A DNA stretch of 64,000 nt, taken from positions 2,837 through 66,836 of the forward strand of contig JAZDNG010000029.1 of the NCBI GenBank assembly GCA_043800065.1. Reading direction: 5' to 3'. This document shows positions 46,203-55,246 of the stretch, piece after piece (within the stretch, counting starts at the first letter, position 1; every line of letters starts with the position of its first letter). This DNA comes from Candidatus Omnitrophota bacterium (GTDB taxonomy: Bacteria; Omnitrophota; Gorgyraeia; JAHIPI01). Under the pieces are notes generated by a model, which did no database searches, had not been told where the DNA came from, and saw only the letters and a list, made by a program, of their open reading frames with translations. The translations under genes were made by a program, and so were the position numbers.

Positions 46203-47678
46203 ATGAGAAAAATAGTTTTACTTCTAATACTTACAGCCTTTATATCTATCGCCCGGGCGGCGGAGGTAAAAGATGCTGATCTTGCCGACTCGTGGTATCC
46301 GGCATCCCCAGGTGTCCTCTCATCTACCTTAGACAGTTACTTAAAAGAGGCGAAGGCAAATCCGGTCAAAGGCGATATCGTCGCTATTATTGCTCCGCAC
46401 GCAGGGCTTGTATATTCGGGCCCGGTTGCCGCATATGCATATAAGGCGGTTCAGGGCCGCGATTATAAAACAGTGGTACTTCTGGGATTTTGCCACAGGG
46501 CGCCCTTCGGAGGCATATCCATTTACAAAGACGGCTATTTCAATACGCCTTTAGGGGCCATAGAGGTGGATTCCGATTTTGCGTCAAAACTTATGGCGCG
46601 TGTCAAAGAGGCGTCATTTTATCCTCAAGCTTTTACAGGCGAAAATTCCGTTGAGATGCAGCTATTGTTTATAAAGAAGGTTCTGCCCGGAGCGAAAATC
46701 ATTCCCATAGCTTTCGGAGGCAGCTCCTTCGCAAATTGCGAAACACTCGCAAGCGCTTTGGCGGATATGGCGAAAGGCCGGAATGATGTTTTGATTGTAG
46801 CTTCAACTGACATGAGCCATTACCATACTGAGCAAGATGCGCGAAAAATTGACCTGGCGAGCGTGGAACTTCTGAGGAATTTTGCCGCAAAGGAGATTTA
46901 TGATAAGTCGGTTAAGCGCGAACAGATATTCTGCGGCTATATGCCTGTTGCTACAGTACTTCTTGCCGCAGGGGATATAGGCGCCGATAATATAGATATA
47001 CTCCAATACGCAAATTCGGGCAATATCACCGGCGACATGAAGAGCGTCGTCGGTTATGTCAGCGCCGTTATTTATAAAGATTTCGCCGCACCCGGCGATA
47101 AACCCGGGGCTCGAGCCAAGGGAGGAACAATGCTTAACGATTTACAGCGTAAAACGTTACTTAAGATCGCAAGGGATACCATAGAATCTTATCTCAAAAC
47201 AGGGAATGTGCTTCAGGTAAATGAAGACGACCCTGTCCTTAGTAAGGAGATGGGCGGCTTTGTTACTCTGCACAAGAAAGGCCAGCTAAGAGGTTGCATA
47301 GGGAATATAATAGGGAAAGGGCCGCTTTACCTTACAGTGCGCGATATGGCTATAGAGTCAGCTACCGGCGACCCGCGTTTTCCGAAAGTAAAGTTGGATG
47401 AGATGAAAGACATAGATATAGAGATTTCAGTCCTTTCGGAACTTGAAAAGGTAAAGGACGCAAACGAAATCCAAATGGGTGTTCACGGTGTCCTTGTACG
47501 CAGAGGGTTTAATAGCGGCGTATTCCTGCCGCAAGTCGCCACAGAAACCGGCTGGACTAAAGACGAGTTCATGGCGAACCTTTGCGCGCATAAAGCAGGC
47601 CTCCTGCCGGACGCCTGGAAGCACGGCGACGTCGACATTTATATTTTTACCGCGGAGGTCTTTGGGGAGAAGGAGTAA
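46203..47678 (+). CDS. MEMO1-like (AmmeMemoRadiSam protein B) fused to an AMMECR1 domain, with a predicted signal peptide
   Basis: N-terminal half …IIAPHAGLVYSGPVAAYAYKA…DMSHYH… (Memo dioxygenase-like). C-terminal half …LRGCIGNI… (AMMECR1 motif). Start moved to MRKIVLLLILTAFISIARA. Confidence 0.65.
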   Translation: MRKIVLLLILTAFISIARAAEVKDADLADSWYPASPGVLSSTLDSYLKEAKANPVKGDIVAIIAPHAGLVYSGPVAAYAYKAVQGRDYKTVVLLGFCHRAPFGGISIYKDGYFNTPLGAIEVDSDFASKLMARVKEASFYPQAFTGENSVEMQLLFIKKVLPGAKIIPIAFGGSSFANCETLASALADMAKGRNDVLIVASTDMSHYHTEQDARKIDLASVELLRNFAAKEIYDKSVKREQIFCGYMPVATVLLAAGDIGADNIDILQYANSGNITGDMKSVVGYVSAVIYKDFAAPGDKPGARAKGGTMLNDLQRKTLLKIARDTIESYLKTGNVLQVNEDDPVLSKEMGGFVTLHKKGQLRGCIGNIIGKGPLYLTVRDMAIESATGDPRFPKVKLDEMKDIDIEISVLSELEKVKDANEIQMGVHGVLVRRGFNSGVFLPQVATETGWTKDEFMANLCAHKAGLLPDAWKHGDVDIYIFTAEVFGEKE

Positions 47679-47836
47679 GGGGACGTTTCCCTTTGTCCTA
47701 ACATATTGTGCGGCAGGAAATTACAACACCTAGATTTCCAATTTCCCTATAGGCAAAAAAGGAAAAACCGGAAAATGGCACTCTGTAATTGCTTATCAGA
47801 TAAGAAGTTACAACAAAGAGAAACGTCCCCTTTTTT

Positions 47837-48568
47837 ATGAGTAGATTTTACGTGCCGCCGGAGGCGGTAAAAAATGGTAAGATATACGCCGGGAAAGACG
47901 AGAGCCGGCATATCTCAAGTGTCATGCGGCTTAAGGAAGGCGATGAGGTAACAGTCTTTGACGGTTCCGGCAAGGAATATACCGGCAGAATAGAGTCAGT
48001 AAGAAATAAAAATGTGATCATAAATATAGAAAAGACCGTTGCCTCTCCCATAGAGCCTTCCGTCCGCGTAACTCTCGCGCAAGTCTTGATAAAAAAAGAT
48101 AAAATGGATTATATCGTCGAGAAGGCCACAGAGCTTGGGGCTCTCGAGATCATCCCCCTTGAAACGGGACGAACGGTTGTCCGTCCCGACAAAGCCGCAG
48201 GCGGCCACAAATTTGAGAGATGGCAAAGAATAGCGATTGAAGCCGCGAAGCAATGCGGCAGAAGAGATCTGCCAAAGATTAAAAAAATAAATACATTCGA
48301 TGAGATGCTGGATATATTTCCGCAGTACGATATGGTTCTTATGCCATGCCTGTCCGAAGAGACTATTCCGCTAAACAAGGCGATAACCTCCGCAAAAGAT
48401 CCTAAAAATATACTTCTTCTGATAGGTCCTGAAGGCGATTTTACTCCCGACGAGATAGAGCGCGCGCGCCAAAAAGGGGCTATTCTAGTTTCGCTAGGCA
48501 ATCTTGTGCTAAAAAGTGATACCGCCGCAGTCGCAGCCCTCGCGATGATTAATTACGCATTCTTATGA
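47837..48568 (+). CDS. rsmE: 16S rRNA (uracil1498-N3)-methyltransferase RsmE
   Basis: MSRFYVP…HISSVMRLKEGDEVTVFDG…  PUA-like N-terminus. C-terminal SPOUT domain (…LLIGPEGDFTPDEIE…). Confidence 0.8.
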   Translation: MSRFYVPPEAVKNGKIYAGKDESRHISSVMRLKEGDEVTVFDGSGKEYTGRIESVRNKNVIINIEKTVASPIEPSVRVTLAQVLIKKDKMDYIVEKATELGALEIIPLETGRTVVRPDKAAGGHKFERWQRIAIEAAKQCGRRDLPKIKKINTFDEMLDIFPQYDMVLMPCLSEETIPLNKAITSAKDPKNILLLIGPEGDFTPDEIERARQKGAILVSLGNLVLKSDTAAVAALAMINYAFL

Positions 48569-49863
48569 AGACGTGCGCTTTTTATACATTAGGCTGCAAG
48601 GTCAATCAATACGAGACTCAAGCGATCCGCGAGAATTTTATAAAAGCCGGCTACAAAGAAAGAGATTTTAGCCGGTCATGCCATGTCTACGTAATAAACA
48701 CCTGCACAGTCACAGAAAAGACCGATAAAGAATCCCGCCGCCTCATGAGGAAGGCGCATCGGCAGAATCCCAGAGCAAAAATTGTCGTTACCGGCTGCTA
48801 TGCGGAGCTTGACCGCGCCGAAATAAACGCTATAGACGGAGTTTCCTTCATAATAAAGAACAAGGACAAAGATAAAATAGCGGATATTGTAGATTCGAAA
48901 AAAACTGCGCGACGCCTGCGGCCGACAGCAAAATATCCGGAGCCGGGCATCTCCGATTTTAAAGACAGATCAAAGGCATTTCTCAAGATTCAGGACGGCT
49001 GCAATAATCTTTGTTCATATTGCAAGGTACCGATTGTGAGGGGATATTCAAGGAGCCGGAATGAGGAGGCGGTAATAGCCGAAGCAAAGCGCCTTTTAAA
49101 AAAGGGATTTAAGGAAATAGTGCTCACCGGTATCTGCCTTGGCTCGTGGGGCGAGGAATATGTTCCGGAAAAATCTATAGAGGACCTGCTCAGGAAGCTT
49201 ACCGCCATAAAAGGTGATTTCAGAATACGCCTAAGTTCGATAGAACCTAAATATGCGAACAATGGGTTGCTTGGCGCAATAAAAAGATCGCCGAAGATAT
49301 GCAAGCATCTTCATATGCCGCTTCAAAGCGGTGATGATAAGATCCTTAAGATGATGAACCGCCCCTACACATTTCGCGAATACGCGAAGATAGCTCAAAA
49401 TGCCCGGCGCAAAGTACCAAGCATAGCCATAACTACCGATATATTGATAGGTTTTCCGTCCGAAGGCAGCAAGAATTTCCGGAACACCTGTAAGCTTATG
49501 GCGAGGATCAGGCCCTCGCGCATCCATATCTTTCCTTATAGCAGAAGAGAAGGAACCGCTGCCTCAAAATTGCAGGGAGAACTCCCCAAAAATGTTGTGG
49601 CTGGCAGGATAAAAGTTATGAAAGCCCTGGCCGAACAGTATTCTTACGAATTTCGAAAAAAATTTAAGGACAAGATAGTAAAGGTGCTGGTTGAGGCCGA
49701 AAGAGACAAGAAGACCGGATTTTTGAAGGGTTATGATGACCACTATATAAATGTCTTGATAAGCGGCACACTTGGCAAAAAGAACGAAAGATATATATCC
49801 AAAGTCATTCCGGTTAGGATACAAAAGGTAGATAAAGAGCTGACTCTTGCATCCCTCATATAA
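48565..49863 (+). CDS. mtaB: MiaB-like tRNA methylthiotransferase (MtaB-type)
   Basis: …CAFYTLGCKVNQYETQ… MTTase N-terminus. Radical SAM CNNLCSYC. TRAM C-terminus. ATGA overlap with rsmE. Confidence 0.65.
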   Translation: MKTCAFYTLGCKVNQYETQAIRENFIKAGYKERDFSRSCHVYVINTCTVTEKTDKESRRLMRKAHRQNPRAKIVVTGCYAELDRAEINAIDGVSFIIKNKDKDKIADIVDSKKTARRLRPTAKYPEPGISDFKDRSKAFLKIQDGCNNLCSYCKVPIVRGYSRSRNEEAVIAEAKRLLKKGFKEIVLTGICLGSWGEEYVPEKSIEDLLRKLTAIKGDFRIRLSSIEPKYANNGLLGAIKRSPKICKHLHMPLQSGDDKILKMMNRPYTFREYAKIAQNARRKVPSIAITTDILIGFPSEGSKNFRNTCKLMARIRPSRIHIFPYSRREGTAASKLQGELPKNVVAGRIKVMKALAEQYSYEFRKKFKDKIVKVLVEAERDKKTGFLKGYDDHYINVLISGTLGKKNERYISKVIPVRIQKVDKELTLASLI

Positions 49864-49932
49864 TTTACCCCCATATCTTGACAGTGATATAATCCTGTGG
49901 TATACTTACTTACCTTAAAGTTTTTCACTTAT

Positions 49933-49962
49933 CCGTAGGGGGCGTTTAAACGTCCCCTACGG
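49933..49962. terminator. Palindromic hairpin CCGTAGGGGGCGTTTAAACGTCCCCTACGG (member of the GGACGTTTAAACGTCC family)
   Basis: 13-bp stem with one G/T wobble position and a TTTAAA loop. Located 70 nt after the mtaB stop. No clear U-tract. Confidence 0.35.
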
Positions 49963-49987
49963 CTGCATAAAAAGGGGGGTATAATTT

Positions 49988-50605
49988 TTGGAGTGGGTAA
50001 GTAAAGTAAATTGGGTAGACGTTTTATTCCTAATTATAATATTAAGAAGTATTTACGTTGGCTCGCAAAGAGGTTTTTTTGCTGAGCTTTTTAATATATT
50101 AGGGATGGGAATAGCTATAGTTTTAAGTATACATTTTTATTCCCGGATAGCCGCCTTCATAACGAAATACCTTTATATCCCTCCCAACATATCAAATATC
50201 ATATCGTTTTTGGCCGTGGCATTTCTGGCCCATCTGTTATTTCAGTTTGCAACCGGACTTATCAAAAAGGTTGTAAAGGTAGAAATATTTCCCAATTTTA
50301 ACAAATGGATCAATGTCTTCGGCGGTCCTATTATAGGATTTTGCAAGGGAATGACGGTGTCTCTTTTTATATTTCTAGTGCTGCTTCTTATTCCCGTTAG
50401 TTATGTCGTAAATTCAGCCAAGGATGGTTCGTTGTCGGGGCAGTTCTTTGCGCGTTCAGCCAGGACCCTGTACGAAAAGACAATCGGCATAATTCCTTCC
50501 ACTCAACCGGTGGATATTACTCCGCTTCTAGCAGGCGCAGAACCTCTGAAATTTAAGATGTTCCAGCCGAAGACAAGCGATAAACTTGACGAAGTTATAA
50601 ATTAA
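49988..50605 (+). CDS. cvpA: CvpA-family membrane protein (colicin V production protein-like), TTG start
   Basis: …VDVLFLIIILRSIYVGSQRGFFAELFNILGMGIAIVLS… is typical of the CvpA N-terminus. Four TM helices. Confidence 0.65.
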   Translation: MEWVSKVNWVDVLFLIIILRSIYVGSQRGFFAELFNILGMGIAIVLSIHFYSRIAAFITKYLYIPPNISNIISFLAVAFLAHLLFQFATGLIKKVVKVEIFPNFNKWINVFGGPIIGFCKGMTVSLFIFLVLLLIPVSYVVNSAKDGSLSGQFFARSARTLYEKTIGIIPSTQPVDITPLLAGAEPLKFKMFQPKTSDKLDEVIN

Positions 50606-50614
50606 GTGTAAAAC

Positions 50615-50701
50615 GGTAGTCCCTCGACGCGCTCGCTCGTGCGAAACGCGGGCTCGCTCGCTCGGGACAAATTTTTGCACGCAAAAATTTGGAGACATTT
50701 T
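50615..50701 (+). promoter_or_regulatory. Conserved about 90-nt leader element, copy 2
   Basis: Same conserved blocks as 45026..45111, including the AATTTTTGCACGCAAAAATT palindrome. Sits directly upstream of the Nif3-like gene. Confidence 0.4.
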
Positions 50702-51664
50702 ATGAAATTTAAAGATATTTACGAATTTGTTGTTAAAAGAGGCATCGCGAAAGACCCGCGCCAAAAAGCGGATATTAAAAAGACGCTCGCGGACGCGAGG
50801 AAGGAATATAATAAATTATCAGCCGCAAGAAAATCGGCATTTGACAAAGAGAGGGTGAGGCATCCCTACGATGACACGAGGATGCTCTATGGCGATCCTG
50901 CCGCCGAGATAGAGACGATAATGGTCGGTATAGATATGGAAGTGGGCGAGCTATTGGTAGCAGACAGGCTGAGAGAAAAAGGTATCGGCATAGACCTTGT
51001 TATGGCCCATCATCCGGAAGGAAAGGCCCTTGCCGGGTTTTATCATGTCATGAGCATGCAGGCCGATATATTGAAAAAACTCGGGATTACATATTCCATA
51101 GGCAAGGAATTGCTGGATGAGCGTATGGCGGAGGTAGCCAGAAGCATATCCGCGGTAAATCACACAAGGAGCGTAGACGTGGCGCAGCTCTTGGACATTA
51201 ATTACATGTGCGTTCATACGCCTGCCGATAATCATGTTACGGATTATTTGCAGAGGTTATTTGATAGTAGAAAACCCAAGACTTTGAAAGACGTTATAAG
51301 CATACTGGATACCGTGCCCGAATATCGCGATGCGTCAAAAAATAACGCGGGCGCTTTTATAATGATAGGCAAGGAAAAAGACAAGGCCGGCAAGATCGTC
51401 GTCGATATGACAGGCGGTACCGAGGGCTCGAAGAGAATCTTTCCCAGGCTTTCCCAGGCGGGCGTCGGTACGCTGATAGGCATGCATTTCAGCGAGGGGC
51501 ATTTCAAAGCGGCGAAGAGCGAGCATATAAATATAGTAGTCGCCGGCCACATATCGAGCGACACTCTCGGGTTGAATCTTCTCTTGGATTCGCTCTCGGA
51601 AAAAGACGATTTTAAAATTATACCTTGTTCGGGTTTTGTACGGGTTGACAGGCGAAAGAAATAA
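50702..51664 (+). CDS. Nif3-family dinuclear-metal-centre protein
   Basis: …DLVMAHHPEG…, …VHTPADNH…, …VAGHISSDTLG… correspond to the conserved His clusters of Nif3/YbgI/YqfO. Start moved to MKFKDIYEF. Confidence 0.55.
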   Translation: MKFKDIYEFVVKRGIAKDPRQKADIKKTLADARKEYNKLSAARKSAFDKERVRHPYDDTRMLYGDPAAEIETIMVGIDMEVGELLVADRLREKGIGIDLVMAHHPEGKALAGFYHVMSMQADILKKLGITYSIGKELLDERMAEVARSISAVNHTRSVDVAQLLDINYMCVHTPADNHVTDYLQRLFDSRKPKTLKDVISILDTVPEYRDASKNNAGAFIMIGKEKDKAGKIVVDMTGGTEGSKRIFPRLSQAGVGTLIGMHFSEGHFKAAKSEHINIVVAGHISSDTLGLNLLLDSLSEKDDFKIIPCSGFVRVDRRKK

Positions 51665-51739
51665 CCCTTCGACGCGTTCCGCCTTCGGCGGGACTTGCTC
51701 AGGGTGTATGCTGAGCGAAGTCGAAGCATAAACTAAAAG

Positions 51740-53536
51740 ATGGCTCATATACCGGATAACATATTAGACCAGATACTCGACAGGTGCAATATAGCCGAAG
51801 TTATATCCGGCTATATTCCTTTAAAGCGGGCGGGAAGGAATTTTAGGGCACTCTGTCCGTTCCATCACGAAAAGACCCCATCCTTCATGGTCAATCCCGA
51901 CAAGGGCATATATCACTGCTTCGGGTGCGGTGCCGGCGGAAACGCATTCAGTTTCGTTATGAAATATGAACGCCTTGAATTCCCGGAAGCGGCCAGGATG
52001 CTGGCGAAAAAGGCCGGCGTACCTATTCCGGAGTATACAAAAGACGACTCGGGAAAAGACACCTCTCTGATAAACGGTATCTATAAAGCGCACGAGTTAG
52101 CGGCGGAATATTTCCGAGGCGTACTTACATCCCTCGAGGCAAAGGGAGTGAAGGAATATCTTGTAAAGAGGGGGATCAAGAGCGAGATGGTCAATAAGTT
52201 CCGTATAGGGTTTGCGCCTGATTCGTGGGATGGCCTTCTGGGATATTTGACCAAGCGCGACATGGCCAAGGAGATAATAGAAAAATCCGGACTGATTATC
52301 TCGAAACAGGACGGCGGCGGTTATTATGACCGCTTTAGAAAACGGCTGATGTTTCCAATATTCGACCAGAAGGACAAGGTTATTGCTTTTGGAGGCAGAG
52401 TGCTTGACGATACGCTGCCAAAATACATGAATTCGCCGGAGACGCTGATATATAATAAAAGCAAGACGCTCTTCGGGCTTAATTTTACCAAACGGCATAT
52501 AGGCGAAAAAGACGCAGCCGTCATCGTAGAAGGGTACACGGACCTCATAATCCCTTACCAAAATGGTGTCAACAATCTCATAGCATCCTGCGGCACATCG
52601 CTTACAGTAGACCATATACGCCTTATACGCCGCCATAGCCGCAACATAATAATGGTTTATGATTCGGACAAGGCCGGCGAAACAGCGACTTTAAGGAACC
52701 TTGATACGCTCCTTTCAGAGGATATGGACGTCAAGATCGCGGAGATGCCCAAGGGGTGCGACCCGGATAGTTTTACGAGAAAAAATGGCGCTGCCGCGTT
52801 TGAGAAAATACTCGCAAATCCTACGGGCCTTTTTGAATATAAACTGAATCGCCTGCTTTTGCGACACAAGCCGGATACAATAGAAGTAAAGGTGAAGGTT
52901 GCAGGTGAGATGCTAGTGACGATTTCAAAGGTGAACAATGCGGTCCTCCGTTCTGCCTATATCAAAAGATTGGCAGAGCTGCTTGGTCTTGACGAAAATA
53001 GCCTAAGATCCGAACTTGCGAAACCCAAGAAGGATTACGCCGCATCCTATTCCAGGGAGGCGTATATATCGGCCGCAAAGGCCGATATCAGTACCTTAAG
53101 CCCGGCCGATAAGACGCTCATAGGCCTTATGGTGGAGGATAATACCATTATACCGGCGGTAAAAGAGAAGCTTTGCGTTGCCGAATTCGGATGCGGAGCC
53201 GCTCAAAAAATCGCGGAAAATATATTTAAGATACACGATGAGAAAAAATCCGTAAGCTATGCCTGCCTGATAAGCCACCTGGAAATAGACGGCGCGGGCG
53301 AGCTTTTGTCGGATATCGCATCCATGCAGGAAAGCCTTAGCGACAAGAAAAAGAACCTGGATGACTGTATAAAGTGGCTTAAGAAAAACAACGCAAAGAG
53401 GGATCTCGAGGATATGCAGCGAAAGATAAAGGCAGCTCAAGATACGGGCGAACACGGAAAGGTCGCGGACCTGGTTGCGAGGTATAGCAAGCTTATGAAG
53501 GAATCAATGCGTTATCATGATAAAGGGGTAAGATGA
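51740..53536 (+). CDS. dnaG: DNA primase
   Basis: Zn-binding …[30 protein letters not shown]…. TOPRIM …EGYTDLI…YDSDKAG…. Confidence 0.85.
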   Translation: MAHIPDNILDQILDRCNIAEVISGYIPLKRAGRNFRALCPFHHEKTPSFMVNPDKGIYHCFGCGAGGNAFSFVMKYERLEFPEAARMLAKKAGVPIPEYTKDDSGKDTSLINGIYKAHELAAEYFRGVLTSLEAKGVKEYLVKRGIKSEMVNKFRIGFAPDSWDGLLGYLTKRDMAKEIIEKSGLIISKQDGGGYYDRFRKRLMFPIFDQKDKVIAFGGRVLDDTLPKYMNSPETLIYNKSKTLFGLNFTKRHIGEKDAAVIVEGYTDLIIPYQNGVNNLIASCGTSLTVDHIRLIRRHSRNIIMVYDSDKAGETATLRNLDTLLSEDMDVKIAEMPKGCDPDSFTRKNGAAAFEKILANPTGLFEYKLNRLLLRHKPDTIEVKVKVAGEMLVTISKVNNAVLRSAYIKRLAELLGLDENSLRSELAKPKKDYAASYSREAYISAAKADISTLSPADKTLIGLMVEDNTIIPAVKEKLCVAEFGCGAAQKIAENIFKIHDEKKSVSYACLISHLEIDGAGELLSDIASMQESLSDKKKNLDDCIKWLKKNNAKRDLEDMQRKIKAAQDTGEHGKVADLVARYSKLMKESMRYHDKGVR

Positions 53537-55227
53537 AAAAAAAGATAAAGAGAAAACGCGCGGTGCGCCGCATTAAAAAGAAGATGCAGCCGAAAAAAAA
53601 GGCCGCAAAGAAAAAAGAAGCCCCTGTCCCTCGCGCCAAAACAAAGGGCGAGACGAAGCGCCCGCGCGGCCGGACAAAAGATTTCGATAAGGAGATGCAG
53701 AGGCTTATTGATGCGGGAAAAGAAAAGGGCTACCTTACATATGACGAAATAAACGCGATACTCCCCGAAGACGTATTTTCTCCGGAGCAGATAGACAACA
53801 TGTTTGTAAAACTGCATGATGAGAACATAAAGGTCGTGGATAGCGAAGAAGATGTGTCCGAAGAAGAAAGCCGAGACGAAGAGAAGGCCACCGAAGAAAA
53901 GGCCGAATCGGAGGCCGTAGCCGAAGAAGAGAGGATGTCCCATATGGGGGATCCTGTCAGGATGTACCTGAGGCAGATGGGCCAGATACCTCTTCTTACA
54001 AGAGAAGAGGAAATAAAACTTGCAAAAGAGATAGAAGTAACCGAAGAGAGCTTCAGAAAAAGCGTTCTTGATACAAAAATAGCAAAAGAGGCGGCGCTGG
54101 AACTCATAAAAGAAGTAAAGGCGGAAAAGATCAATTTTGAAGACGTGATGAACATAGATATAAAATCACGCAAGGGAAACCTCTTGAAGCGTCTTGCGGC
54201 GGTGGAGAGACGGCTTAAGAATACAGAGAGAAGCCGGTCTATCCTTGGAGCGATACTTGAGTTGAAGCTTGTTGGTTCTGTTGTTGAGGAGATATCAAAA
54301 AAAGTAAAAGAGGCTTTTAATGAGTTCGAGAAGATAGTAAAAGGTATAAGCAGGGTAAAGAACGGGCGAAAGCGCAAAGAATCGGATCGGCTTAAGAGAA
54401 AACGCCGGACGCTGGAATCAAGGCTGGGGCTTAAGTTCGACCAGCTTAAAGAGAAGATAAAGACAATAAAGCTGGAAGAGGCAAAATTCAACAAGGCAAA
54501 GAAATCGTTAGTAGCGGCCAACCTCCGCCTTGTGGTAAGTATAGCCAAAAAATACACTAATCGCGGCCTGTCATTCCTTGACCTTATCCAGGAAGGCAAT
54601 ATAGGGCTGATGAAGGCGGTGGACAAATTTGAATATAAAAGAGGATACAAATTCAGCACCTATGCCACATGGTGGATACGCCAGGCGATAACGCGTTCTA
54701 TAGCGGATCAATCCAGGACCATAAGAATACCTGTTCATATGACAGAGACAATAAATAAACTGATAAGGACTTCCCGGCTTTTGGTGCAAGAGAACGGCAA
54801 AGAGCCCACACCCGAAGAGATAGGGCACGAGATGAGGATGTCGGTAGAGAAGGTGCGCGGTATTTTAAAGATAGCGCAGGAACCGATTTCTTTGCAGACG
54901 CCCATAGGCGACGAAGGCGATACTAAATTCGGCGATTTCATAGAGGATAAGCAGGCAGTCTCTCCGGCGAGCGCGACCGCTTACTCAATGCTTAAAGAAC
55001 AGATGGGCGACGTCCTCGCCACATTGACCGAGCGCGAAAAGAAGGTGCTGCGGCTCAGATTTGGAATAGGCGACGGATATCCGAGGACGCTTGAAGAGGT
55101 GGGCAATATATTTAAAGTAACACGCGAAAGAGTGAGACAGATAGAAGCAAAGGCGCTGAGAAAATTGAGGCATCCTACCAGGAGCAGGCGCCTTAGAAAC
55201 TTTTTGGCATTAGGCATGGGCGAATAA
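53533..55227 (+). CDS. rpoD: RNA polymerase sigma factor RpoD (sigma70) with a basic N-terminal extension
   Basis: Regions 1.2-4.2 are recognisable (…[11 protein letters not shown]…, …[38 protein letters not shown]…, …[27 protein letters not shown]…). The first about 50 aa are K/R-rich. Confidence 0.9.
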   Translation: MKKKIKRKRAVRRIKKKMQPKKKAAKKKEAPVPRAKTKGETKRPRGRTKDFDKEMQRLIDAGKEKGYLTYDEINAILPEDVFSPEQIDNMFVKLHDENIKVVDSEEDVSEEESRDEEKATEEKAESEAVAEEERMSHMGDPVRMYLRQMGQIPLLTREEEIKLAKEIEVTEESFRKSVLDTKIAKEAALELIKEVKAEKINFEDVMNIDIKSRKGNLLKRLAAVERRLKNTERSRSILGAILELKLVGSVVEEISKKVKEAFNEFEKIVKGISRVKNGRKRKESDRLKRKRRTLESRLGLKFDQLKEKIKTIKLEEAKFNKAKKSLVAANLRLVVSIAKKYTNRGLSFLDLIQEGNIGLMKAVDKFEYKRGYKFSTYATWWIRQAITRSIADQSRTIRIPVHMTETINKLIRTSRLLVQENGKEPTPEEIGHEMRMSVEKVRGILKIAQEPISLQTPIGDEGDTKFGDFIEDKQAVSPASATAYSMLKEQMGDVLATLTEREKKVLRLRFGIGDGYPRTLEEVGNIFKVTRERVRQIEAKALRKLRHPTRSRRLRNFLALGMGE

Positions 55228-55246
55228 TTACTTAAAAGGAGTTATC

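Noticed and set aside
53730-54659. 309-aa ORF on the minus strand (S-rich, low complexity)
   Set aside because: It lies entirely antisense to rpoD. Its composition is the mirror image of the K/E-rich sense strand, so it is a spurious shadow ORF.
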